Notes: generated from the sequence alone by a model not told the origin. A DNA stretch of 64,000 nucleotides from an uncultured Clostridia bacterium (GCA_946537885.1 CAMNGC010000001.1:57897-121896), one strand, 5' to 3'. Counted from the stretch's first letter, positions 1-9,855 are shown. Numbers and translations: made by a program.

Positions 1-55
1 TGTTATAGTTTCTTTGTATTGCAAATTTAGACCGTAGGGACGGAGGATACGACAG

Positions 56-325
56 ATGATTATCAAATCCGATCTGGACAGATGCAGAGCAAAACTTCAG
101 ACGATGGTTGGCAAACGCGTGAGACTGACATCTAATGGCGGAAGAAAGAGGCTGATAATCCACGAAGGGACAGTTGAGAACTGCTATCCCAATGTATTCA
201 CCGTTAAGTGCAAGCGAGCATCTGATTCCAAGTACGAGATCATCTCTTACAGCTATGTAGATGTTCTTACCCGCGCGGTAAGGATCGCAATACCTGTCGA
301 GGCTGCTGAAGAAGTCGCCGGCTGA
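56..325 (+). CDS. veg: Veg family protein
   Basis: 89 aa with GK.V.L..NGGRKR...EG.VE.CYP.VF.V and SYSY.DVLT motifs; GGAGG SD; lies upstream of ispE as in other Firmicutes. Confidence 0.85.
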   Translation: MIIKSDLDRCRAKLQTMVGKRVRLTSNGGRKRLIIHEGTVENCYPNVFTVKCKRASDSKYEIISYSYVDVLTRAVRIAIPVEAAEEVAG

Positions 326-344
326 TAATTCTTTGAGACTATAG

Positions 345-374
345 AACCCCGTCATCTCAGATGGCGGGGTTTTT
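345..374 (+). terminator. Rho-independent terminator after veg
   Basis: AACCCCGTCATC-TCA-GATGGCGGGGTT stem followed by T tract. Confidence 0.75.
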
Positions 375-447
375 CGATATAAAAGTGAGCAGGGATCGAC
401 GGGATGACAAGTTTACGACCCCGAAGGCATATGACAGAGGGCTGATC

Positions 448-1353
448 ATGATCCACGAATACAGCGCGAAAGCGAATGCGAAGATAAATATTTTTCTTAA
501 AGTCTGCGGGAAGTACCCGAACGGCTATCACCGACTCTATATGCTCATGCAGGAGATCGATCTTGCTGATGACATAAAGGTCACGATCGACGACGACAGG
601 GACTTCGGGATAGCTGTCGCAAGCGACAGGGCTGATTTTGACATGAAGAAAGACCTCTGCTACAGGGCGGCCGAGAGTTTCTATAAAGAGATCGGTGATG
701 AGACAAGATGCGGCTTTACCGGAATCACGGCCATAAAGCACACTCCGGCTCAGGCAGGTCTTGGCGGAGGAAGTTCTGATGCTGCGGCGATCTTGAAAAT
801 ATTAAATAAGCACTATGGCGAGCCGATCGGGCTCACGCGCATGCTTGAGATAGCGGCGGCCTTGGGAGCAGATGTACCTTTCTTTCTCTACGGCGGCAGC
901 GCCTTCTGCGAAGGTATAGGCGAGATCGTAACTCCATTGCCGTCGCTTAAGGGCTTGAAGCTGCTTTTGGTCAAGCCGGCGCAGGGCGTGCCGACAGGGC
1001 CGTGTTTTAAGGCAGTTGATGCGATGACGGAGATTTTCGATGAAGAGGAATATAAGAACTTTATGGGATCGGTCTTTATGGATGAGACGCTTAGTCCTTC
1101 GGACCGCATCAGGAAGGCAGGAGGTCGCCTGACCAACGATCTTCAGGCTCCGGCAGTTGCCGAGGTGCCCCTGATCGAGGAATTGCTGGGGCTGATAGGG
1201 GAGACGGATTGTCTCTTTGCCGCCATGAGCGGATCCGGCAGCACGGTATACGGGATCTACGAGGATAATACTGCCGCAGAGCTGGCGAAGGCCAAGGTCG
1301 AGGCGGATCCGCGGACTGCGGGTTGCATGCTTTGCCTGGCGGAGATGCTATAA
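448..1353 (+). CDS. ispE: 4-diphosphocytidyl-2-C-methyl-D-erythritol kinase
   Basis: AKINIFL, GYH, P.QAGLGGGSSDAAA, GADVPFF, MSGSGSTV motifs. Start moved to ATG 448 (GAGG upstream) because the ORF-track start at 361 lies inside the veg terminator. Confidence 0.93.
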   Translation: MIHEYSAKANAKINIFLKVCGKYPNGYHRLYMLMQEIDLADDIKVTIDDDRDFGIAVASDRADFDMKKDLCYRAAESFYKEIGDETRCGFTGITAIKHTPAQAGLGGGSSDAAAILKILNKHYGEPIGLTRMLEIAAALGADVPFFLYGGSAFCEGIGEIVTPLPSLKGLKLLLVKPAQGVPTGPCFKAVDAMTEIFDEEEYKNFMGSVFMDETLSPSDRIRKAGGRLTNDLQAPAVAEVPLIEELLGLIGETDCLFAAMSGSGSTVYGIYEDNTAAELAKAKVEADPRTAGCMLCLAEML

Positions 1354-1365
1354 GGCCGCAAAAAA

Positions 1366-1934
1366 GCTTCTTCACGGAAAGCTTGGGATTTCTCATGTTG
1401 TATAGGGGGTTGCTGATCGAAAAAGCCGGCCCTGAGGTATCGGTCAAGGCTGCCGTCAACAGATTTGCTGTCTGGAGGCCTTTTCTGTTGACGCGCCGCC
1501 CCGCCGTCAACAGATTTGCCGTCTGAAGGTCATTTCTGTTGACGCAGTCGCCCCCGCCGTCAACAGATTTGCTGTCTGGAGGTCGTTTCTGTTGACGCAT
1601 CCGCTCCTGCTGTCAACAGATTTGCTGTCTGGAGGTCATTTCTGTTGACGCAGCCGCCCCCGCTGTCAACAGATTTGTCGTCTGAGGGCCGTTTCTGTTG
1701 ACGCACCGCCCTCGCCGTCAACAGATTTGCTGTCTGAAGGTCATTTCTGTTGACGCGCCGCCCTCGCCGTCAACAGATTTGTGGTCTGAAGGTCATTTCT
1801 GTTGACGCAACCGCCCCCGCTGTCAATAGATTTGTCGTCTCTGTGGTCATGAATTTTAAGCATAACCTTAAGCAACATGCTTAAGCCTTTGCTTAAAGCA
1901 TTCACGCTATATCCCAAGCTTTCCGTGAAGAACC
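1366..1934. mobile_element. MITE-like non-autonomous element with palindromic array cargo (copy 1)
   Basis: Perfect 22 bp terminal inverted repeat TTCTTCACGGAAAGCTTGGGAT (1368-1389 / 1911-1932), AAAAAA on both flanks, no transposase; ends are shared with 50574-51034. Confidence 0.8.
1452..1841. repeat. Tandem array of 7.5 palindromic units, 51-53 bp period
   Basis: GTCAACAGA-N20-TCTGTTGAC plus a 13-15 nt GC-rich linker; units start at 1455, 1506, 1559, 1612, 1665, 1717, 1769 and 1822 (partial). Confidence 0.95.
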
Positions 1935-1967
1935 AAAAAACGACACAGTAAACGATTTACTGTGTCG
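1935..1967 (-). terminator. Terminator of the arg operon
   Basis: CGACACAGTAAA-CGA-TTTACTGTGTCG hairpin; A6 on the + strand gives a U6 tract on the minus strand, downstream of the GNAT gene. Confidence 0.8.
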
Positions 1968-2015
1968 AATAATTGTCGATCTTTGTTCCGAACTACCCGA
2001 TAAGATGAAGAGCCT

Positions 2016-2552
2016 TTACATATCCAATATAGCGTGAATATACAGCCCGCGCTCGTAGCCGCGGGAATTCTCGCTGTCGAGCATGACAAAGCCGCGGTTG
2101 TGGTAGAACTCATGCATGCGGCGGTTGGCGACGGCGGTGTGAAGCATAGCCAGCCCCGACTCAAGGGCTTCCGGTTCGGATAGGGCGGTTTGCATCAGTT
2201 TCACGCCCAGGCCTGTGCCTCGAAGATCGTCGTCGACGGCGAAGCGTGATATGTATACGCAGCTTTTGTAGTTGGACAGATACTCCTCGGTTATGGTCGA
2301 GAAGCTGTATCTCATCGGATTATTAACGCGGGCGAGTGTAATTGTTCCGACAGGTTCGTCTCCGTCAAAATAGCACAGGCAACGGTTGCGGCCGATCCTG
2401 TCGGCCACTGTCTCAACGCTCTCGTGCAGGGATTCGAGAACACTCTCGGAGATGCCGGACTCCCGTCTGTAGGTCTGCATGCATCTGCGGATCAATTGTG
2501 AGAGCTTCTTTGCATCTTCAGGAACGGCCTGTCTTATGGTGTATTCGCACAT
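2016..2552 (-). CDS. GNAT family N-acetyltransferase
   Basis: IRQA.PED N-terminus, ISRFAV...RGTGLG acetyl-CoA loop, N....FY...GF; start overlaps the argF stop. Confidence 0.85.
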   Translation of the reverse strand: MCEYTIRQAVPEDAKKLSQLIRRCMQTYRRESGISESVLESLHESVETVADRIGRNRCLCYFDGDEPVGTITLARVNNPMRYSFSTITEEYLSNYKSCVYISRFAVDDDLRGTGLGVKLMQTALSEPEALESGLAMLHTAVANRRMHEFYHNRGFVMLDSENSRGYERGLYIHAILDM

Positions 2553-3472
2553 CAGCCCAGACAGTTTACCAGGATCGCCTTGTGGGCGTGGAGCCTGTTC
2601 TCGGCCTCATCGAAAATAACACTCTGCGGGCCGTCACACACCTCTTCTGTTACCTCATAACCGCGATATGCGGGCAGGCAGTGCATGAAGATGGCGTCCT
2701 TGTGGGCAGCGCTCATGAGCTTGGAATTAACCTGATATTTCTCGAAGATCTTGACTCTCATCGCCTTTTCTTCTTCCTGACCCATGCTGGTCCAGGTGTC
2801 TGTATAAACAACGTCGGCGCCCTCGACTGCCTCGAAAGGATCGGTGGTCATGAGAACTTTCGAGCCGGTTACGGCAGCATCCTTGAGAGCCTGCTGTACA
2901 TACTTGTCAGGGCAGGTGTAATCAGCAGGAGAGCCGATCGCCACATCCATACCCGCCTTGGCGCAGGCCTGCAGGAGAGAATTAGCCACATTGTTGCCGT
3001 CTCCTACATAGGCGAGCTTCAGACCCTTTAATCCGCCCTTGTGTTCCTTGATCGTAAGAAGGTCAGCCAATGCCTGTGTAGGGTGCTGATCGTCTGTAAG
3101 ACCGTTGATGACCGGGATGGAACCATACTTGGCCAGATCTTCGACATCACTGTGCTTGAAGGTCCTGATCATGATACCGTCTACCATTCCGGAGAGGACG
3201 TGAGCCGTATCATAGATGCTCTCGCCGCGGCCGATCTGGATATCGTTATTGCTCAGGAAGAGAGCCTGACCGCCCAACTGGTACATGCCGACCTCGAAAG
3301 ATACCCTTGTTCTTGTAGAGCTCTTGGTAAAGATCATTGCAAGTGACTTGCCCTTGAGAAGGTGGTGCTCGATGCCCGCCTTGGTCTTTGCTTTCATGTC
3401 TTCTGCGATCTCGAGCAGATGATCAAGATCCTCGAAGCTTACATCCTCGTGAAAATCTATATAGTGCTTCAT
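2552..3472 (-). CDS. argF: Ornithine carbamoyltransferase
   Basis: STRTRVSFE, HPTQ, SMG and HCLPA motifs. Confidence 0.97.
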   Translation of the reverse strand: MKHYIDFHEDVSFEDLDHLLEIAEDMKAKTKAGIEHHLLKGKSLAMIFTKSSTRTRVSFEVGMYQLGGQALFLSNNDIQIGRGESIYDTAHVLSGMVDGIMIRTFKHSDVEDLAKYGSIPVINGLTDDQHPTQALADLLTIKEHKGGLKGLKLAYVGDGNNVANSLLQACAKAGMDVAIGSPADYTCPDKYVQQALKDAAVTGSKVLMTTDPFEAVEGADVVYTDTWTSMGQEEEKAMRVKIFEKYQVNSKLMSAAHKDAIFMHCLPAYRGYEVTEEVCDGPQSVIFDEAENRLHAHKAILVNCLG

Positions 3473-3484
3473 TTCTATTTCTCC

Positions 3485-4777
3485 TTACTTGTTACCCGTG
3501 ATGTTTTTGATGCCGTCGATGATGGTTGATAGGGGGCCGCTCTTTCCGACTTCTGACTTAAGTATCGTCTCGAGTGTCTTGATGAATTCAGCGCACTCCG
3601 ATGTGCTGATGGTCAGCGGCGGTGCGATCCTTATGGTGGACTTGCCGATGGCGCTTACAAGAACTCCCATGGAGAAGAACCTCTCCTTCATGCCGGCGGC
3701 AGAGATCAGATTCTCGTCAAACTCCATACCGATCAGCAGTCCCATACCTCTTACATACTTGAGGTTCTCATACTTGTCTCTCAGCTTATTAAGCTCATCG
3801 AAAAGGTAGTTGGAGGAGTTGTTTACATTGGTAAGCAGCTGTCCGTCTGTCAGCCTCTCCATTACCACGTTTCCTGCCGCGCAGGCTAGGGGATTGCCGC
3901 CGAAAGTCGATCCGTGGTCTCCTACATGGAAGCCCGTTGCGACTTCGTTGGTGCAGAGCATGGCGCCGATGGGAACGCCGCCGCCCAGGCCCTTGGCCAG
4001 TGTCATGATATCGGGCTTAATGCCGTAATTCTCATAACAGAAGAGCCTTCCCGTTCTGCCGATACCGGTCTGGACCTCGTCGATGATGAGAAGGATACCC
4101 TTGGCCTTACAGAGCTCGGATACCTTCTTGATATACTCCCGGTCGGCCGGGTGTACGCCGCTCTCGCCCTGAATCAACTCCAGCATAACGGCCGCAGTGT
4201 TTGGTGTAACGGCATTTTCGAGTTGCTCATAATCGTTCAGATCGACATACTTGAAGCCGGGGACATTGGGAGCGAAAGGTTTCCTGAACTTCTCCTGGCC
4301 GGTAGCGGCTATGGTTGCCATTGTTCTGCCGTGGAAGCTCATGTTTGCCGTGATGATCTCATACTTGTCCACGCCCTTGTAGTAGAAGTAGCCTCTCGCG
4401 ATCTTGATGGCTGCTTCATTTGCCTCGGCGCCGGAATTACAGAAGAAGGCCTTGTCGGCAAAACTGTTGTGGCAGAGCCTGTAGGCTAATTCGCTTCTTT
4501 GAGCGATGTAGTAGTAGTTGCTGCAGTGGATGAATTTCTCGGCCTGCTTGGAGATAGCATTCGTAAGTTCCTTGTCGCCGTGACCCAGGGAATTGACTGC
4601 GATGCCTCCGATCATGTCAAGATATTTTCTTTTCTTAACGCCCTCTTCCTTCTTCTCCATGCTGTAGAGGTAGGAACCTTTTCCGTCGACGAAAGCGACG
4701 TCCATGGGGGCGAAGACCTGCAGGCAGTATTTTTTGTCAAATTCCTTTACAAGTTGGAAATCATTTTCGATGCTCAT
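3485..4777 (-). CDS. argD: Acetylornithine aminotransferase
   Basis: [36 protein letters not shown] motifs; arg operon context. Confidence 0.95.
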   Translation of the reverse strand: MSIENDFQLVKEFDKKYCLQVFAPMDVAFVDGKGSYLYSMEKKEEGVKKRKYLDMIGGIAVNSLGHGDKELTNAISKQAEKFIHCSNYYYIAQRSELAYRLCHNSFADKAFFCNSGAEANEAAIKIARGYFYYKGVDKYEIITANMSFHGRTMATIAATGQEKFRKPFAPNVPGFKYVDLNDYEQLENAVTPNTAAVMLELIQGESGVHPADREYIKKVSELCKAKGILLIIDEVQTGIGRTGRLFCYENYGIKPDIMTLAKGLGGGVPIGAMLCTNEVATGFHVGDHGSTFGGNPLACAAGNVVMERLTDGQLLTNVNNSSNYLFDELNKLRDKYENLKYVRGMGLLIGMEFDENLISAAGMKERFFSMGVLVSAIGKSTIRIAPPLTISTSECAEFIKTLETILKSEVGKSGPLSTIIDGIKNITGNK

Positions 4778-5708
4778 AGTAGTATTGCTCCTTATCTTTA
4801 ACTATCATTGTTCCGATGCCCTTGGCTGTGAATATCTCGAGCAGGATGCTGTGAGGGATCCTGCCGTCAATGATGTGTGCTCGTCTTACTCCTCGGACTA
4901 CGGTATCGAGGCATCCTTCGATCTTGGGGATCATGCCTCCGGTGATGATGCCGCGGTTGATGCAGTCAGCGATATCAGCTGAATCGAGCATGGAGATGAG
5001 CTTGGAGTTGCCGTCGGCGTCCTTTTCCATAACGCCGGGAACATCCGTGAGGGTGATGAGCTTACTGGCTCCGAGTGCCACTGCGATCTCGGATGCGACC
5101 GTGTCAGCGTTGATGTTGTAGCTCTCGCCCTGCTCGCCGACGCCGATAGGGGCGATGACCGGGATGAACTCGTCATTTGCCAGCATATCGATCACATGAG
5201 TGTCGATGCGCTTGATCTTGCCGACGTAGCCGACATCGATCTCGTTGCCCTTTGAATCGGTTGTGAGCTTCTCCGCCTGAATGAGGTTGCCGTCGATACC
5301 GCAGATGCCGATAGCCTTGGCGCCCTTGGAGTTCAGATTTGAGACGATCTCCTTATTGGTCTTTCCGATAAGGACCATCTGGGCGATCTGCATTGTATCG
5401 CTGTCAGTATACCTTAAGCCGTTCACGAAATGAGATTCCACATTAACACGGCTCAGCATATTATTGATGTCCGGTCCGCCGCCGTGAACCAGCACGGGGT
5501 TGATGCCGACATACTTAAGAAGCGTGATGTCGTCCATAACAGACTGTTTTAAGTCCTCGTTGATCATGGCGTTCCCGCCGTACTTGATAACGATGGTCTG
5601 ACCTCTCATCTTCTTCATGTAGGGGAGAGCCTCGATAAGGATCGAAGCCCGATCTATCTTGTTTTGCATCTCGCCTGACATATCAGGCATTATCTTGCTG
5701 TCAGCCAT
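4761..5708 (-). CDS. argB: Acetylglutamate kinase
   Basis: [26 protein letters not shown] motifs. Confidence 0.97.
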   Translation of the reverse strand: MADSKIMPDMSGEMQNKIDRASILIEALPYMKKMRGQTIVIKYGGNAMINEDLKQSVMDDITLLKYVGINPVLVHGGGPDINNMLSRVNVESHFVNGLRYTDSDTMQIAQMVLIGKTNKEIVSNLNSKGAKAIGICGIDGNLIQAEKLTTDSKGNEIDVGYVGKIKRIDTHVIDMLANDEFIPVIAPIGVGEQGESYNINADTVASEIAVALGASKLITLTDVPGVMEKDADGNSKLISMLDSADIADCINRGIITGGMIPKIEGCLDTVVRGVRRAHIIDGRIPHSILLEIFTAKGIGTMIVKDKEQYYYEHRK

Positions 5709-5775
5709 GCTTTATTCCTCTCATTTCGTTAAATGTAATTTATTATAATAAAAGCTTTATTGCCTATATCGAAAA

Positions 5776-6840
5776 TCATACGCCGCGGATGATATGCCCG
5801 AGCCCCGTAGCTTCATCCAGTCCGAACATTACGTTGAAGGCCTGGATCGCCTGAAGCGCCGCGCCCTTGCCAAGATTGTCCTGAGCGCTGAAGAGCTTAA
5901 TCATACCTGTCTCCGGATCAAATGTTCCGTTAACTTCGATGTAGTTGGAACCGTTTACTGCCTTTACATCGGGGAGTGTCTTGTCGGGGAGCACTCTTAC
6001 GAAGTTCTCGCCCTCGTAGGCCTTCTCGTATATCTCGTGGATCTTTGAAGCGGATACTTCAGTGAATCTCTCGGAGGGCTTGGCGTAGATCGTTGCCAGC
6101 ATACCTCTCTTGAAGGGTGCCAGGTGAGGAGTGAAAGTAACTTTGATGGAGTTACCGTCGCCGCCTGCCAAGAAGGAGCACTGCTCGTTGATCTCTGTTG
6201 TATGTCTGTGTCCGACTGCGCCATAGGGCTTAAAGGCTTCATCCAGCTCGCAGAAACTGTAGGCCAGATCGCTCTTCCTGCCGGCACCCGTGACTCCTGA
6301 TACTGCATCGATGATGATGCTGTTAGTATCGATAAGTCCGGCCTCGAGGAAAGGCTTTAAGGCGATTATGGAGCAGGTGGGATAGCAGCCGGGATTAGCT
6401 ACGAGTCTGGCGGTCTTAAGCTGCTCTCTATAAAGTTCAGGCAGTCCGTAAACCGCTTCCGTCAGAAGCTCCGGGTGCGGATGGGTGAGCTTATATGACT
6501 TCTCATATGTAGCCAGGTTCTTGTATCTGAAATCGCCGCTATGATCGATTACTCTCGTGCCGTTCTCCAAAAGCAGGGGAACTGTCTGCGAAGATACGCC
6601 GTGTGGCAGGGCAGTGATAACAAGGTCACTGTCCTTTGCCACCTGTGCATAATCTATATTTTCCAATACCTTGTCGCATACGCCCCTGAACTGCGGGTAT
6701 ACATCCGAGAAGTGCTGTCCCTCGAAAGTCTTCGATGTTAAGTGTACAAGCTCCGCTTCGGGATGACCTGCAAAGCCGTGTACCAGCTCTGCTCCTACAT
6801 AGCCCGTAGCCCCTATGATACTTACTTTTATCTTAGCCAT
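5776..6840 (-). CDS. argC: N-acetyl-gamma-glutamyl-phosphate reductase
   Basis: GATGYVG, ANPGCYPT, SGVTGAG, DNLGKGAA motifs. Confidence 0.97.
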   Translation of the reverse strand: MAKIKVSIIGATGYVGAELVHGFAGHPEAELVHLTSKTFEGQHFSDVYPQFRGVCDKVLENIDYAQVAKDSDLVITALPHGVSSQTVPLLLENGTRVIDHSGDFRYKNLATYEKSYKLTHPHPELLTEAVYGLPELYREQLKTARLVANPGCYPTCSIIALKPFLEAGLIDTNSIIIDAVSGVTGAGRKSDLAYSFCELDEAFKPYGAVGHRHTTEINEQCSFLAGGDGNSIKVTFTPHLAPFKRGMLATIYAKPSERFTEVSASKIHEIYEKAYEGENFVRVLPDKTLPDVKAVNGSNYIEVNGTFDPETGMIKLFSAQDNLGKGAALQAIQAFNVMFGLDEATGLGHIIRGV

Positions 6841-6924
6841 AGTCTTATCTCCTGTTGCTTACTATATGATAAATCCTTAACTGTTACTTCGCGGTTACGA
6901 TTAGGATATTTTCGTATAATATGC

Positions 6925-6966
6925 TTATAGCTTATGCAATATACTGCATAAATATGCAAAAGTCAA
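6925..6966 (-). promoter_or_regulatory. argC sigma-A promoter with ARG box (ArgR operator)
   Basis: Minus-strand TTGACT (6961-6966)-N17-TATATT (6938-6943); near-perfect palindrome TGCATAAATATGCA (6945-6958) in the spacer and a partial second box at 6925-6938. Confidence 0.75.
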
Positions 6967-7044
6967 CATTATTATTAATGTTCTTTATATGAAGGATTGT
7001 GAGTGAACGCACTTGATCGAAAAGATTTTTACAAGAGAGTATTT

Positions 7045-7140
7045 TTCCCGGAAGAATTCCCTATACATAGGGAACAGTACCGGGAAAAGAGGGCAGATTT
7101 CCCGGAAGACTTCCCTATAAGTAGGGAATACTAACGGGAA
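7045..7140. repeat. Two nested-palindrome units, 54 bp period
   Basis: TTCCCGG-N5-TTCCCTA-N4-TAGGGAA-N5-(C/A)CGGGAA at 7045 and 7099. Confidence 0.85.
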
Positions 7141-7218
7141 TCCCAATGCTTTTACAGCACCTGCAACCCTGCTGATCTGCCCCCAAATTAAGTCTTTTCG
7201 ATGAGAAAACAACGATAC

Positions 7219-7328
7219 TATGTCAAATTGCACATAAGAAAAAAAGCTTTGAATAGCTTAATAATCGGCAGTTTTTGTTTCGGCTTTGGCATTTATGCAC
7301 AAAAAACTTTTAACTTCAGTGTGCATAA
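7219..7328. promoter_or_regulatory. Candidate regulator-binding sites upstream of msmX
   Basis: TATGTCAAATTGCACATA (7219-7236) and inverted repeat TTATGCACA-N18-TGTGCATAA (7293-7328); the CdaR-family regulator downstream is a possible binder (inference). Confidence 0.4.
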
Positions 7329-7475
7329 TGTAAAAAGCTGAGCCATTACAAGCGGAATTGAATACAAAACGCCTTTGATTTTTTTGGATAACCTGACATA
7401 TGGTAGACAAGAATTGCCTTTGATATATTACGTGTATGAAAAAGCCGAGTGTCCTCGGCGCTTTGGAGGTATTAT

Positions 7476-8591
7476 ATGGCAAGTTTATCTTTCCAGCACG
7501 TTTACAAGAAGTATGACGGTGGCGTTGTTGCTGTTTCCGACTTCAACCTTGAGGTAGCTGATAAGGAGTTCGTTATCCTCGTTGGCCCTTCCGGATGTGG
7601 TAAGTCCACAACACTTCGTATGCTCGCCGGTCTTGAAGATATTTCAGAGGGTGAGATCTACATCGAGGATCGTCTTATCAATGACGTTCTTCCTAAGGAC
7701 AGAGATATCGCAATGGTTTTCCAGAACTACGCTCTGTATCCTCACATGACAGTTCGTGACAACATGGCATTCTCCCTGAAGATCAACAAGGTTCCGAAGG
7801 ACGAGATCAATCGTCGTGTATCCGAGGCAGCTAAGATCCTTGAGATCGAGCATCTCCTCGAGAGAAAGCCTAAGGCTCTCTCCGGTGGTCAGAGACAGCG
7901 TGTAGCTCTCGGCCGTGCTATCGTTCGTGATCCTAAGGTCTTCCTTATGGACGAGCCTCTCTCCAACTTGGATGCTAAGCTCCGTGTTCAGATGCGTGTT
8001 GAGATCACAAAGCTCCACCACAGACTTAAGACAACATTTATCTACGTTACACATGACCAGACAGAGGCCATGACCATGGGTACCAGAATCGTTGTTATGA
8101 AGGACGGTTTCATCCAGCAGGTTGATTCTCCTACAGAGCTCTACGATAACCCGGTTAACACATTCGTAGCAGGATTTATCGGAATGCCTCCTATGAACTT
8201 CATCAACGCAGTTATCAATGTTGAGGGCGAGGATGTTTACATCTCCTTCGAGAACGTAACAGTTAAGCTCCCTGAGCGTTATGCAGTAGAGGAAGTTATG
8301 GAGCGCGATGGTCAGGAAGTTATCTTCGGTGTTCGTCCTGAGGCTATCACAGATGAAGCTACATTCGTTACAGATCACCCTGAGACAGCATTCTCCGCTG
8401 ACGTAGACGTTGTCGAGATGCTTGGTGCTGAGACATACCTCTATGTAACAGTTAACGGTTCTCTGCCTCTCACATGTAGAGTTGACCCTACAACATCCCA
8501 GTCCACAGTTGGTCAGGTTGTCGATCTCGCTATCGATACAAACCGTATCCACCTGTTCGACAAGGATACAGAGCAGAGCATTATCTCATAA
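7476..8591 (+). CDS. msmX: Multiple-sugar ABC transporter ATPase (MsmX/MalK/UgpC type)
   Basis: [35 protein letters not shown]-terminal OB/TOBE region; GGAGG SD before ATG 7476. Confidence 0.92.
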   Translation: MASLSFQHVYKKYDGGVVAVSDFNLEVADKEFVILVGPSGCGKSTTLRMLAGLEDISEGEIYIEDRLINDVLPKDRDIAMVFQNYALYPHMTVRDNMAFSLKINKVPKDEINRRVSEAAKILEIEHLLERKPKALSGGQRQRVALGRAIVRDPKVFLMDEPLSNLDAKLRVQMRVEITKLHHRLKTTFIYVTHDQTEAMTMGTRIVVMKDGFIQQVDSPTELYDNPVNTFVAGFIGMPPMNFINAVINVEGEDVYISFENVTVKLPERYAVEEVMERDGQEVIFGVRPEAITDEATFVTDHPETAFSADVDVVEMLGAETYLYVTVNGSLPLTCRVDPTTSQSTVGQVVDLAIDTNRIHLFDKDTEQSIIS

Positions 8592-8613
8592 TCAATACTC
8601 TCCAGAGTTTATC

Positions 8614-8648
8614 AGGACCGGCAGTCGTAAGGCTGTCGGTCCTTTTTT
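8614..8648 (+). terminator. Terminator after msmX
   Basis: AGGACCGGCAGTC-GTAA-GGCTGTCGGTCCT stem with T tract. Confidence 0.85.
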
Positions 8649-8748
8649 ACGCTTCGATTTCAAAGGGGAGTCCTCACTTGCTTGAATCATCGAAAAAAGT
8701 TACAATTTATAAGTAAAAATATGCGTATGCGGAAAGTGTGGTAGCGCC

Positions 8749-9855
8749 ATGGAAGAGATCAGAAAATGTATGCGTCAGGCAAGAAGCATTCTGAAGCAGC
8801 AGGTAGGTGTTATGGATACGGCCGGTCTTATAATCGCATCGACCGATTCCGACCTCGAGGGTACAACGGATCCGTCGGCAAGAGCCGTGATGATCTCCGA
8901 TGACCTTTTCGCCGGTACAGCCGATAAGACTTATATGAAGATAGCTGTCGGTGAACAGTTTAAGTACATTATCTTTATCGAAGGCGTCGAGCCCCAAGTC
9001 AGGATCTATCTTGAGCTTATGGCTGAGTGGATCAAGACGGCTATCAAAGAGAGAGGGACGGATGCCGAGAAGGAACTTTTTACTAAGAATGTATTGCTCG
9101 AGAATGAGCTGCAGGGTGAGATCCCGATCAAGGCGAGAGAATATAAGATCAACTGCAATGTGGCAAGGCTGGTTATGGTCGTGAGGACCAGCCGGGAAGA
9201 AGGGGCAGAGGCTCTTGAGATCTTGCAGAATTTCTATGCGGATTCCGAAGTCGGTTCGGTGCTGGCGATGGATGAGACAACTGCTATCGTTATATTGGAT
9301 GCTGAGGAGGCTATCGGAAACGAGAAGGACAGAGACGCTTTCGTAGATACTAACAGCAAGGCGGTTCTCGATTGCCTTAATAGCGAGAGCATCACTGCAT
9401 TTATCGGCGTTGGCTCTTTCGTAAGCCTTTTCCAGAATATATCAAAGTCATATAGAGATGCCATGCTGGCGCTTCGTGTAGGTAAGATCTTTGAGAAGAA
9501 CTGCCTTATTTCCAGATATGACAAATTAGGTCTCGGCAGACTGATCTATCAGCTTCCCGCGACCCTTTGCCAGATGTTCATCGATGAGGTCTTCCCCAAT
9601 GAGGCATATAAGACTCTTGACGATGATACGGTAGCTACCATCGAGAGCTTTTTCGCTAATAACCTTAACGGTTCCGAGACCAGCCGTGAACTCTATGTTC
9701 ACCGTAATACTCTGGTTTACAGACTCGATAAGGTTAAGAAGAATACGGGCCTGGATCTGAGGTCTTTTGATGATGCTGTTCTCTTTAAGATGGCATCTAT
9801 GGTCAGGACTTATCTCGAGTATCTTGAGACGAGCCGTGACAACATGATCAGATAA
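8749..9855 (+). CDS. CdaR/PucR family transcriptional regulator
   Basis: C-terminal HTH N.SETSRELYVHRNTLVYRLDK...GLDL; N-terminal GVMD..G.IIAS. Confidence 0.88.
   Translation: MEEIRKCMRQARSILKQQVGVMDTAGLIIASTDSDLEGTTDPSARAVMISDDLFAGTADKTYMKIAVGEQFKYIIFIEGVEPQVRIYLELMAEWIKTAIKERGTDAEKELFTKNVLLENELQGEIPIKAREYKINCNVARLVMVVRTSREEGAEALEILQNFYADSEVGSVLAMDETTAIVILDAEEAIGNEKDRDAFVDTNSKAVLDCLNSESITAFIGVGSFVSLFQNISKSYRDAMLALRVGKIFEKNCLISRYDKLGLGRLIYQLPATLCQMFIDEVFPNEAYKTLDDDTVATIESFFANNLNGSETSRELYVHRNTLVYRLDKVKKNTGLDLRSFDDAVLFKMASMVRTYLEYLETSRDNMIR

Noticed and set aside
1109-1600. ORFs 1109-1600(-), 1323-1526(+) and 50558-50776(+) as proteins
   Set aside because: They are translations of the repeats and element ends. 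The shared peptide FF.ESLGFL...LLIEK only reflects the shared left end.
1452-1841. CRISPR array
   Set aside because: The loops are near-identical rather than unique spacers, the units are whole tandem duplicates, and no cas genes are in the window.
7045-7140. Integron attC sites
   Set aside because: The box spacing is similar, but there is no RYYYAAC/GTTRRRY core, no cassette ORFs and no integrase in the window.
7644-8552. Long antisense ORFs over msmX and ribosomal genes (also 25567-26820, 24601-25317)
   Set aside because: These are shadow ORFs caused by the strong codon bias of highly expressed genes and carry no motifs.
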